Shown here: in pieces, positions 1-9,334 of the stretch
How the letters are laid out: each line of letters opens with the position of its first letter
How positions within the stretch are numbered: position 1 is the stretch's first letter
Assembly (NCBI GenBank): GCA_963841435.1
Contig: CAWJCS010000005.1
Coordinates: 1,344,001 to 1,408,000, forward strand
Source: an uncultured delta proteobacterium
GTDB taxonomy: Bacteria; Myxococcota_A; Polyangia; Polyangiales; Polyangiaceae
Direction: 5' to 3'
Length of the DNA stretch: 64,000 nt
Program-made: the position numbers and the translations under genes
The notes under the pieces: generated by a model
Told to the model about the DNA's origin: nothing
The model's database searches: none
The model's input: the letters and a program-made list of their open reading frames with translations, nothing else

Positions 1-296
1 ATGCGCGCCGCGATGAGGTCGTGACCATCTTTGAAAATGGCGGCGCCAACGTCAACACGACTGCCGATCGAGCGTTTGACCGGATAGCGCCCGCCATCGA
101 CGATTGGCGTCACCTGCTCGATTACGACGTGAGGCGGCTCGGAGGCAGGGCTCATTCGCCCGCTCTTAACACGAACCGGTGCTCTCGCGCGCCCCCGTGC
201 CGGGCCCGTGCCCGGAGCACGCCGCCACGCCGCCAACACGGCACCGTCACTTTCCCCGCTTCGCTCGGCAGTTACGCCGGATCGGCGGGGGGGGTG

Positions 297-2019
297 CTAG
301 GGCGTCACACGGAAACCGTACAGGCGAAGCTTCGTGGGCGGCGGGATCGTGGATCGGGGCATGTCGCGGTTCGAGGGCAACGTTTCCCAACGGAGCATGT
401 ACAGGATGGTCGGATCGGGGCTCGCGCCGTCGTCCTTGCGAAAGCGCACCTCCATCTCGGCCGTGCTCGACTCCACTCTCGCAAGCTCGGAAGGGTACGG
501 CACCGGCTGTGGGATCGTCGCCTCGGCGGCGAGCGTCGTCGGATTCAAGCGAAACGCGCCGAGCCCACCGTACTGCGAGTGGTAAAAGTTCTGCGTGAGC
601 GTGCCGCCGGGCTGCACTTCGACCGGCTCCACCTCGATTTCGAACACGAGCGTGCCGCCACCACCGAAGTCCCAGCGGTAATCCCACTGCGACGTCTGAT
701 GAACGACCCAGCTGCCGTTCTCGAAGCGCGCGTTGTAAAGCTGCGTCTTCCCGTTCTGATCGTACTTGTGATACGCGATGATCGGTCGGTTCTGCGTGTC
801 GAAGCCGACCTTCGTGTTGTTGTTGATCATGCCGCCGCCGGCCGGCACGGGGTCGACGACCTCGCTCGTGCCGAGCGTGATGGGCAACGTCAGCGCCTGG
901 CCGCTCGCCTTCGTCCAGCTCAGGAGATCGGCGCTGCGCGCGTACGAGAGGTCGTGGTTCGTGGCGGCGTCGGGCGTGTCTCGCCACACCCACACGAGGT
1001 GAAAGAGGTCGTCGGGTCCCTTGATGGGGCCGACGGGGTAGGCGTTGCGCTGCCCCTCGCCGTCGGTGAGCGGTGTGCCGAGCAGGCGTGACCAGGTTTT
1101 CGTGCCCGTCGAGTACTCGTTGAAGATGTGGTTACCGTTGCCGCTCGAGCCGTCACGGTAGATGAACACGAGCTTGCCGCCGGGACCCCGGAAGAACTGC
1201 GGGTACGTGCAGCTCTGCTCGTTTTGCCCCGTCATCGAGAGCTGCTGGAAGGTGTCGATGTCGAGCGGCGCCGAGGTGCGGAAGTAAATGAGAGGCGAGC
1301 TGTGCATGTTGCCCGCCACGTGGATGTAGCCGTCGTCGTCGATGGCCATCACGATGTCGTTGTGGCTGTCCCAGCCGACCGAGGTCGGCAGCCGCACGAG
1401 CTTCCAGGTGGACGATCCGAGCGTCCGATCGGCAACCGTGAGCGCACGGTTCGCATCGTAGAACGCCGCGAACTGGCGATCCTGCCGCGTGATGAGGAAG
1501 AAGCCGACGGGATGCCCGGACCAGAACGTCGGTGATGTCGAGAGCTTCGGCGATCACCGAAGGCGTGCCGCCGCCACCACCCGCACCTGCGCCCGCATCA
1601 CCGCCCGCTCCCGCACCGGCGGAACCGCTCGCGCCGCCGCTCGCTCCGGAAGCGCCCGCACCCGCGCTGCCCGCCTGGCCGGCACCGGCCGCCTCGGTGC
1701 CGGCATCGCCGCCGGAACCTGCGACCTCGCCCGCGCTGCCACCCGCGCCCGCACCCGCCGCCGGTGCTCCGGCGCTGCCACCTTCACCGCCACCACTCAC
1801 CCCGGCAGCGGGACCAGCCCCCGCTCCAGCGCTGCCGCCAACGTCTGCGCCGCCCTGGGCTCCCGCAAGCCCCGCGGAGCCCGCCGTGCTCGAGCCGCCC
1901 ATCCCGGATTGGCCCGACGAAGCGGACTCGGACGACTCGCAAGCAAGCAGGGTGCACGCGAGCAAAGTGACCGACAGGCGCCACCGCGGGCCACTAATGC
2001 TGCACATGCCTCGGCTCAA
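297..2019 (-). CDS. BNR-4 repeat (beta-propeller) lipoprotein, putative polysaccharide lyase-like; single-base frameshift near 1525
   Basis: ORF 1153..2019 gives a lipobox (LLAC) and Gly-rich linker. Removing one T at ~1525 (GAC GTTC TGG) joins it to DVWSGHPVGF...WDSHN...HVAGNMH...TYPQF...YRDGSSGNG...WVWRDTPDAATNHDLSYARS in ORF 297..1397. The span is 3n+1. Confidence 0.8.
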
Positions 2020-2083
2020 GGTATCCGATGCCTTCTCACACTGCCAGCGAGGGCCACGATGTGCATGGTATCTTCATGACTCG

Positions 2084-3682
2084 TTGCGCAAGCGTCCGGC
2101 GCCAATCACGACTCGTACAGCGTCGATTATCTCGACGCTGCTATTTTGCTTTGCTTGCGGCAACGGGGGCGGCGAGCCGAGCGGCGTCGCGGGCAGCGCG
2201 GGCACGGTGGGCGGCGCCGCCGGGTCCGGTGGGTCCGGCGTGTCGGGAACGGCGGGCGCTCAGGCGGGCGCCGGTGGAGCAGCGGGCTCGAGCGGTGGCG
2301 TCAGCGGAGGATCGAGCAGCGGCGGCACAGCGGGCACGGCGGCCGGCGGCGATGGCGGCGGACCGGCGGGTGGCGCCGCGGGAGCAATTGGCATGGCGGG
2401 TAGCACGGCAGCGGGCACGGGCGGCGCGGCGGGCACGGGCGGTCAAGCGGGCGCCGCAGGCAACGCCGGAGCCGCCGGCAGCAGTGGCGCAAGTGGCGCA
2501 AGTGGCGCGAGCGGCGCGGCGGGCAGCTCGGGTGCCGGCGCTGGAGGCGCCGGGGGCGTACACGCAGCGGACGCAGCGTTCTGTCTCGCAGAGCTCGACC
2601 GCGCCGCCGACCAGTACGCCGGCTTTCGCACGGCGTACACCGATGCGACCCAAGTGCCACGCTCCGCAAAGAACGGCAGCGTGCGTCGCGTCGCCACGAG
2701 CGACTGGACGAGCGGCTTCCCCGCCGGCAGCTTCTGGCTGCTCTACGAGCACACCGAAGACACGGCGTTCCGCACCGCAGCACAGACTTTCACGGAGGCG
2801 CTCCGGGGAGAGCGCACGCGCACCGACAGCCATGACGTAGGCTTCATGATCAACGACAGCTTCGGCAACGGCTACCGCCTCACGGGCGACGCCGGCTACG
2901 CGAGCGTCGTGCGCGACGCCGCGGCTTCGCTCGCGACGCGCTTCAATGCCACCGTGGGGGCCACGCGCTCGTGGGATTTCGGCAGCTGGAGCTTCCCCGT
3001 GATCATCGACAACATGATGAATCTGGAGCTCCTGTTCCACGCGACGGAGCTCGGCGGCGACGCGAGCTTTCGGCAGATGGCCATCACGCACGCGCTCACC
3101 ACTCGGAAGAACCACTTCCGCGCCGACATGAGCTCCTATCACGTCGTCGACTACGACCCGAGCACGGGCGCGGTCATCAAGAAGCAGACCAACCAGGGCG
3201 TGGCCGACGAGTCCGCGTGGGCTCGCGGCCAGGCGTGGGGCCTCTACGGTTTCACGATGTGCTTTCGCGAGACGGACGACCAGAGCTTCCTCGATCAGGC
3301 CATCGGCATTGCGGACTTTTACACTCAGAGCCCCGCGATGCCGTCCGACGGCGTGCCCTACTTCGACTTCGACACCGCCGACGACGACACGATTCCCGAC
3401 TACCGGGACGCTTCGGCCGGCGCCATCGCGGCGAGCGCGCTCTTCGAGCTCGCCGGCTACGCACCCGCCGAGGCGTCCGAGCGCTACCTCGCGTTCGCCG
3501 TCAAGGCCATCCGCTCCCTCTCGTCAGCGAGCTACCGGGCGGCGCTGGGTCAAAACTCCCATTTTTTGCTGATGCACAGCGTCGGCAACTACCCACAGAA
3601 CGACGAGATCAACGTCGCCATCAACTACGCCGACTACTACTACCTCGAAGCCCTGCTTCGTTGCTCCAAGCTCGGCGGTTGA
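2084..3682 (+). CDS. GH88 unsaturated glucuronyl hydrolase, lipoprotein with Gly-rich linker
   Basis: DWTSGF, HDVGF, IIDNMMNLELL, SAWARGQAWGLYG, RDASAGAI and YADYYYLEAL motifs. TTG start at 2084 chosen ahead of the FAC|G lipobox; start uncertain. Confidence 0.9.
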   Translation: MRKRPAPITTRTASIISTLLFCFACGNGGGEPSGVAGSAGTVGGAAGSGGSGVSGTAGAQAGAGGAAGSSGGVSGGSSSGGTAGTAAGGDGGGPAGGAAGAIGMAGSTAAGTGGAAGTGGQAGAAGNAGAAGSSGASGASGASGAAGSSGAGAGGAGGVHAADAAFCLAELDRAADQYAGFRTAYTDATQVPRSAKNGSVRRVATSDWTSGFPAGSFWLLYEHTEDTAFRTAAQTFTEALRGERTRTDSHDVGFMINDSFGNGYRLTGDAGYASVVRDAAASLATRFNATVGATRSWDFGSWSFPVIIDNMMNLELLFHATELGGDASFRQMAITHALTTRKNHFRADMSSYHVVDYDPSTGAVIKKQTNQGVADESAWARGQAWGLYGFTMCFRETDDQSFLDQAIGIADFYTQSPAMPSDGVPYFDFDTADDDTIPDYRDASAGAIAASALFELAGYAPAEASERYLAFAVKAIRSLSSASYRAALGQNSHFLLMHSVGNYPQNDEINVAINYADYYYLEALLRCSKLGG

Positions 3683-3772
3683 GCGCTCGGCAAACGGGCA
3701 CGGCCGCGGGCGGCGGCGGATCGTTTTGGGACCGAAAGCTTCGTGATAGACATCGCTCGCCGGAGCGCAAGC

Positions 3773-4207
3773 ATGGGCCGAATCAACGTCTCTCTGCTTT
3801 CGGGTTGGCTCGCGTTTCTCGGCTGCGGCCGGCCCGAGCCGGCCGAGCCCCCCGCCAGCGCGGGCGCCGCGCGCGCGACGCCGGGCTCGCGCGCTCCGTC
3901 GCGCGTCGCTCCGGCGGGGTCTCCGCGCGACATCAATGGCTCGACTCCCGACGACGCGCACACGATGAGAAGCGGAGCACCCGACGGGGTGAGGCCGCGC
4001 GAGGAACGGGCGACCGAGAACGCGCTCTCCCCGCACGATGCGCACGATGGCGCCGCCAGCGGCGAGGAGCGCACACCCGCCTACACGCGAACCGTGGCGC
4101 GATGGCACCAGCTGCACGCGAGTGCGGGCGACACACGGACAAACCCGGTCGGACCTCACCCCGAACGCTTGACACCCACGAAGGGGTGGCGTTTCAATTT
4201 GGGTTAA
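3773..4207 (+). CDS. hypothetical lipoprotein
   Basis: MGRINVSLLSGWLAFLGC lipobox-like N-terminus, then a Pro/Ala-rich region with no recognisable domain. Confidence 0.35.
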   Translation: MGRINVSLLSGWLAFLGCGRPEPAEPPASAGAARATPGSRAPSRVAPAGSPRDINGSTPDDAHTMRSGAPDGVRPREERATENALSPHDAHDGAASGEERTPAYTRTVARWHQLHASAGDTRTNPVGPHPERLTPTKGWRFNLG

Positions 4208-4361
4208 TGCGACACGACGTTTTCGTCCGGCAGCGGATCGCGGCCTAACCGGTGGAACGGGGGTTCATGGCAGGGTTTCACTCGGGTAAGGGGGCGCCGG
4301 GGCGGACGGCTACGCAGGGCTACCCCTCGCGCATCACCAGGCAGCAAAGTAAGGAGGGGGG

Positions 4362-6971
4362 TTGAGCGCCAGCGCCGCGCCGCAGCGGGAGCGGGTGCTC
4401 CTCGTCGACGACGAGCCTCAGGTGCTGGTCGCGCTCGAGGATCTGTTGTCGGACGAGTTCGTCGTCATGACTTGCGGCTCGGGGGAGCGCGCCCTCGAGA
4501 TCCTGGAAACGGACGGCAACGTCGCCGTCGTCGTCAGCGACCAGCGCATGCCTCGCATGCCGGGCGACGCGCTACTCGCGGAGGTGGGACGGCGCACGAC
4601 GGCGTCCCGCATCCTCGTCACCGGCTTCGCCGATCTCACCGCCGTGATCCGGGCCGTGAACAGCGGCCACCTGTTCGCCTACATCGCCAAGCCCTGGGAG
4701 CCGAAGGACCTGAAGCTCAAGGTCCAGCTCGCCGCACACCATTTCCGGCTGAGCCAGGAGCTCGCCCACGAGCGGCGACTCTTGAACGACCTTCTCACGA
4801 GCACCCCTGACGCCATCTTCTTCAAGGACGCCGAGCTACGCTTTCTGCGAGCCAATCGGGCGTTCGCCGAGCTCCTCGACTCCGCGCCCGAAAAGCTCGT
4901 CGGCAGGCGCCTGGAAGATCTCGCCCCCGACCCCGCCGAGGCGGCGCGCGTCGCGGCCGAGGAACGGCGCATCGTCGCAACGGGCGAGCCCCTGCTCGAC
5001 GTCGTGCGCAGGCACGAGCGGCAGGGCGTCACACGCTACCTTTCGGAGAGCAAGGCCCCGATTCGAGAAGCGGACGGCCGCGTCGTCGGCATCGTGGGGA
5101 TTGCCCGCGACGTGACCCAGCGTGTCGCTCAAGAGGCGAGCATCGCCCGGCTCACTCGCGTGCGAGGCATCCTGAGCGGTGTCAACGCCGCCATCCTGCG
5201 CGCCTCCGACGGCACCGCGCTACTCCGCGAATGCTGTCGCGTCGCAATCGAGCACGGCGAGCTCTCGCTCGCCGGAGTCAGCGTGGTGGACCCGAGCGGG
5301 CAGCTCGAGGCCCTGGCGATGGAGCCGGCTGGCGTGCGTGTTCCCACGCGGGTGCGCAGGTTCCTCCTGAACGGCGCGGTTCATCCCACGCTCGCCGGCG
5401 TGATCGACCGGGGGCAGCCCGTGGTGCTCGACGCGGTCCCTGACGCGCCCTTGGAGCCGGGCTCCGAGCCGCCGCCTCGGCGCCGCGAGATTCGTTCGCT
5501 CGCGCTCGTCCCCATCGCGCGGCCCGGCGAGCATCCCGTACTGCTCTGGCTCTGTTCGCCCAAGCCCGATCAATTCGACGCCGAGGAGCTGATGCTGCTC
5601 GGCGAAACGGCCGACAACGTGTCGTTCGCGCTTGCGAGCATGGGCCGCAGCAGGCGCCTCGACTTCCTCGCGTATTTCGACGAGACGACACGCCTGCCGA
5701 ACCGTCAGCTCCTGTTCGATCGCACGGGGCAACAGCTCGGAGCGGCGAGCCTCGACGCGCCGCTCGCACTCGTGGTGGTCAACGTCGCTCGCATGCGCCA
5801 GGTCAACGAGTCGTTCGGCCGGCGAGGCGGCGACGACCTCTTGCTGCAGATCGCCCAGCGCATCGAGCCCCTCGTGGGCAAGAAGGGCACGGCTGCTCGC
5901 CTCGACGGCAACGTGTTCGCGCTACTCGTGCCGGCCGTGGACGCCGAGGCGGCGGCGGCGTCGTTCGCCGAGCACGAAGTTCTCGCGGCGTTTCGACAGC
6001 CCTTCGTGGTAAACGACGCCGAGGTGCGCGTTGCCGTGCGCCTCGGCATCGCCCTCGCGCCCGGCGACGGTGACAGTGCCGAGCTCCTGGTCTCCAACGC
6101 CGAGGCCGCGCTCAAGAAGGCGAAGGCGACCGGGCAGCCCTACCTCTTTTACTCGCCGGACATGAACGCACGCGTCGCCGAGCAGCTCGCGCTCGAAACG
6201 AAGCTTCGCCGCGCGGTCGACCACGGGGAGTTCCTGCTTCACTACCAGCCGAAGACCGACCTCACGACGGGGGAGCTCGTGGGTCTGGAAGCGCTCATCC
6301 GCTGGCAGGAGCCCGGCGGGGCGCTCGTCCCTCCCGGCCGCTTCATCCCGGTGCTCGAGGAGACCGGGCTCATCCGGGAGGTCGGCCGCTGGGTCCTCGA
6401 GCGGGCCGCGCTGCAGTACCACGAGTGGTCGCGCGCCGGGCGCTCGCCGCCGCGTATCGCGGTCAACGTCTCCGCGCTCCAGCTCGCCGCGCGCGACTTC
6501 GCGGGAAACGTGGAGCGCGTGTTGCGCCACTATCCGGACGGTAGCGGCATCGACCTCGAGATCACCGAAAGCGTGTTCCTCGACGACCTGGCGGGCAGCA
6601 TAAAGAAGCTCGAGGGGGCGCGGCGCCAAGGGCTGCGCGTCGCGATCGACGACTTCGGAACGGGTTACTCCTGCCTTTCCTATCTGGGGCGCCTGCCCAT
6701 CGACACCATCAAGATCGATCGCTCGTTCGTGGTGCGCCTGAGCACGGATCCGCAGGCGACCTCGATCGTCGATACCATCATCTCGCTGGCGCACGCGTTC
6801 GGGCTCGAGGTCGTTGCCGAAGGTGTCGAGACCGCGGAGCAGGCGCAACTCCTCCGCAAGCTCGGCTGCGACCAGGCGCAGGGCTACCTGTTTGCACGGC
6901 CCGAGCCTGCCGCGGCGACCGAAAAGCGACTCGGCTCGCGCTTCGATCTCGACGCCCTGCTTCGGAACTGA
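4362..6971 (+). CDS. REC-PAS-GAF-GGDEF(degenerate)-EAL protein, probable c-di-GMP phosphodiesterase
   Basis: REC (LLVDDE, SDQRMP, KPW), PAS (IFFKD...GIARDVT), GAF, GGDEF site reading LDGNVF, and intact EAL motifs ([28 protein letters not shown]). Confidence 0.93.
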   Translation: MSASAAPQRERVLLVDDEPQVLVALEDLLSDEFVVMTCGSGERALEILETDGNVAVVVSDQRMPRMPGDALLAEVGRRTTASRILVTGFADLTAVIRAVNSGHLFAYIAKPWEPKDLKLKVQLAAHHFRLSQELAHERRLLNDLLTSTPDAIFFKDAELRFLRANRAFAELLDSAPEKLVGRRLEDLAPDPAEAARVAAEERRIVATGEPLLDVVRRHERQGVTRYLSESKAPIREADGRVVGIVGIARDVTQRVAQEASIARLTRVRGILSGVNAAILRASDGTALLRECCRVAIEHGELSLAGVSVVDPSGQLEALAMEPAGVRVPTRVRRFLLNGAVHPTLAGVIDRGQPVVLDAVPDAPLEPGSEPPPRRREIRSLALVPIARPGEHPVLLWLCSPKPDQFDAEELMLLGETADNVSFALASMGRSRRLDFLAYFDETTRLPNRQLLFDRTGQQLGAASLDAPLALVVVNVARMRQVNESFGRRGGDDLLLQIAQRIEPLVGKKGTAARLDGNVFALLVPAVDAEAAAASFAEHEVLAAFRQPFVVNDAEVRVAVRLGIALAPGDGDSAELLVSNAEAALKKAKATGQPYLFYSPDMNARVAEQLALETKLRRAVDHGEFLLHYQPKTDLTTGELVGLEALIRWQEPGGALVPPGRFIPVLEETGLIREVGRWVLERAALQYHEWSRAGRSPPRIAVNVSALQLAARDFAGNVERVLRHYPDGSGIDLEITESVFLDDLAGSIKKLEGARRQGLRVAIDDFGTGYSCLSYLGRLPIDTIKIDRSFVVRLSTDPQATSIVDTIISLAHAFGLEVVAEGVETAEQAQLLRKLGCDQAQGYLFARPEPAAATEKRLGSRFDLDALLRN

Positions 6972-7037
6972 GTACCTCACCCGACGAGCGCAGCGACGCT
7001 GTCGCGCGACTCGAAATATCCGTGAGGAGTTAGAAAT

Positions 7038-7065
7038 AGGAGTCTGGACACTGGTCCGGACTCCT
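7038..7065. promoter_or_regulatory. inverted repeat in the intergenic region upstream of the PilZ-GNAT operon
   Basis: AGGAGTCTGGAC-ACTG-GTCCGGACTCCT: 12-bp arms with one mismatch (a G-U pair in RNA). Confidence 0.45.
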
Positions 7066-7252
7066 GGCCATTTGGCCAGTTCACCGTCCCGTCACACAAC
7101 GTCACAGGCCTGGGTCGTCCTGACCCAGCCACCTTTGCACTTACTTTATCCCACAGTGTGCCGTCTTTTGATCTGACAGCCCGCCACCGGGTACCCTCCG
7201 GCCAAAATCACCTCAGCTCGTTCACCGTCCGCTCCCCCCATCGTGCCCTCGA

Positions 7253-9334
7253 ATGGCCGCCTCAGACCGCCGCTTCACTTACCGACTGGACCTCCTCGAG
7301 GATCAGGTCCGCGTTTCGTCGCCGAGCTCGACGCGCATCGTCGTTGCAGATCTGAGCGCCAGCGGAAGCGGGCTCATCGTCAACCCCGACGATCTCGACA
7401 GGGTGACCGCGGAGCCCGCCACTTTCGACATCGGCGGCGGGCAGTCGTTCGTGGTGCGGCTCGCCCCCGTGCGCGTCTCCCAGCTCGACCGGCAACTTCG
7501 GGTCGGTGCGAGATTCCAGGATCTGCCTCTGTCTGGCATGCGAGTCCTGTCGGAATTCTTGATACGCGAGTTTCTGGAAGAGACCCGAGCGCTCGGCCGA
7601 CTACTGGAGGACCCGCGCACCATCACGACCACGAGCCCCGTCTCCATTCGTCGGCACCTCAAGCGTTGCCTCGTCGTCGAGCGCCGTCCGCTCCGCGTGT
7701 ACGACCACGGGACGGTGCTGCCCCTCACCGTGCGCGTCGAGCGTATCGTGGATCTGGGGGGGCGACCGATGCTCGAGGTCGTGATCGGCGCACCGGGTCT
7801 CGAGATCGGCCGGGAGTACACGTTCGCCGTCGCTCGCCCTGGCGCCGTAACGCACTTCCGTGCTCGCCCAGAGCTCCGTTCCGAGAACACGTTCCTCGTC
7901 CCACTTCCCGATCAGCTCTGCCATGGAGGGTTCCGCGACTCGGTCCGAACGTCCTTGGACGGCGGCGGTGACGCGTTCGTGCGCTTTGAGCATCCGCGCT
8001 TGCCCGGGGTGCCCATCGGGCGCCCTCTTTTGGATCTTTCGGCCCGAGGCTTCGCTTTCGCCTCGGACCCCGAGAGCGACCTGCTGTTCCCTGGCGACCG
8101 GCTAGCTCGCGTCGAGCTGTTCTTGGGCGGAGAAACCTATCAGGTCATCGGGGCCATCCGCAGCATCGCGCCGCACCGGCGCTCGGACGTGTACACGTGC
8201 GGTGTCGAGGTGCTCGAGTTCGCCGACGTCGGTCAGGAAGTCCGCTTCCAGACCGCGGTCTTCCAGCGCACTCATCCGCGAGCCGTGATGGCGGAACCGC
8301 CGCAAGCCGCTGGCATGGCCTGGGACGTGCTGCAAGCCTCCGGCTATGTGGAGCTCTGGACCCGCGCCGGAGCGCGGCAGCGACTACAAGGCGAGTACGC
8401 GAGAAGCTGGACCGGCGCGACGCAAACCACCGGGCGACTGATGCTGGTGGAGAGCGGAGGCAAGGCCGTGGGGACCGTCGCCGCGAGCCTGCTCTACCCT
8501 AAAACTTGGCTCGTGCACCAGCTCGGTGTCGACCGGCGCGAAAGCACGGGACCCGCCCAGGTCTTGAGCCTCGCGCACGAGCTGTACTCGGGCGTGCTCT
8601 ACCTCTTCCAGAACCAGCAAGAGGCGGACTACTTCGCGATCTTCGCGGAGCGCGACCGCCGCTGGAGCCAGACCCTCTACGATGGCTTCGTCGCCGAGTA
8701 CCCGGACCGTAGCGCGTTCGCCTACGACCAGAATCGCGTTTTTCGCTGTGACGTGACGACGCCCGTCAGCCGGCAGCTGGGAGCCGAGCCAGGAATCACG
8801 GTCGTACGTGCCGACGCCGCTCGCCTGTTGCTCGCTTCGGAAGCCCTGCGGGCGTCTTCGTCGCCCCTTCTCTGCGATGCCATGGCCTACGGCGCCGGCG
8901 AGATCGGGCTCGAGGACTTCGCCCGCACGTGCCGTGAGCTCGGCTGTGAGCGAGAACGACACGTCTACGTCGCGCTCGAAAACGACACGCCGATAGCTGC
9001 GCTGATCGCCGAGAGCGGAGGTGAAGGGGTGAACATCTTCGGACTGATGAACCACTGCACGATCGCGAGCCTTGGCACGGGTCCCGTCAGCGCGAACGCG
9101 AAGAGGGCGCTCCTGCGCGAAGCGATGGACCACTTCTTGCGACAGAACCGGCACCAGTTCCTCTTCTTCGACGAGACCGACGCCGACGTCCCTGCCGTCG
9201 AGCTACTCGGGTTCGAATACGTGTCGGAAGGCATGCGCTTCATCGCAAGCAAGCGGGTAGTGCCTGCATGGCTGAGCTATCTGGAAGCCGCCTTCACGGT
9301 CCGCGCCGCGTCGCAGGTTGGCCGTGATGGCTGA
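7253..9334 (+). CDS. tandem PilZ-domain protein with C-terminal GNAT-like (putative N-acyl amino acid synthase-like) region
   Basis: Two RxxxR + DxSxxG pairs: RFTYR/DLSASG and RDSVR/DLSARG. The C-terminal alpha/beta region (LMLVESGGKAVGTV...WLVHQLGV; VYVALENDTPIAAL...ELLGFEY) looks like tandem GNAT folds. Confidence 0.7.
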   Translation: MAASDRRFTYRLDLLEDQVRVSSPSSTRIVVADLSASGSGLIVNPDDLDRVTAEPATFDIGGGQSFVVRLAPVRVSQLDRQLRVGARFQDLPLSGMRVLSEFLIREFLEETRALGRLLEDPRTITTTSPVSIRRHLKRCLVVERRPLRVYDHGTVLPLTVRVERIVDLGGRPMLEVVIGAPGLEIGREYTFAVARPGAVTHFRARPELRSENTFLVPLPDQLCHGGFRDSVRTSLDGGGDAFVRFEHPRLPGVPIGRPLLDLSARGFAFASDPESDLLFPGDRLARVELFLGGETYQVIGAIRSIAPHRRSDVYTCGVEVLEFADVGQEVRFQTAVFQRTHPRAVMAEPPQAAGMAWDVLQASGYVELWTRAGARQRLQGEYARSWTGATQTTGRLMLVESGGKAVGTVAASLLYPKTWLVHQLGVDRRESTGPAQVLSLAHELYSGVLYLFQNQQEADYFAIFAERDRRWSQTLYDGFVAEYPDRSAFAYDQNRVFRCDVTTPVSRQLGAEPGITVVRADAARLLLASEALRASSSPLLCDAMAYGAGEIGLEDFARTCRELGCERERHVYVALENDTPIAALIAESGGEGVNIFGLMNHCTIASLGTGPVSANAKRALLREAMDHFLRQNRHQFLFFDETDADVPAVELLGFEYVSEGMRFIASKRVVPAWLSYLEAAFTVRAASQVGRDG

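Noticed and set aside
1-296. Possible coding sequence at the left edge
   Set aside because: No recognisable motif in any frame; ORF 21..1091 is antisense to the BNR gene.
1560-2560. GC-rich repetitive sequence as a possible CRISPR array or repeat element
   Set aside because: It encodes Gly/Ala/Ser linkers of two divergent lipoproteins and has no repeat-spacer periodicity.
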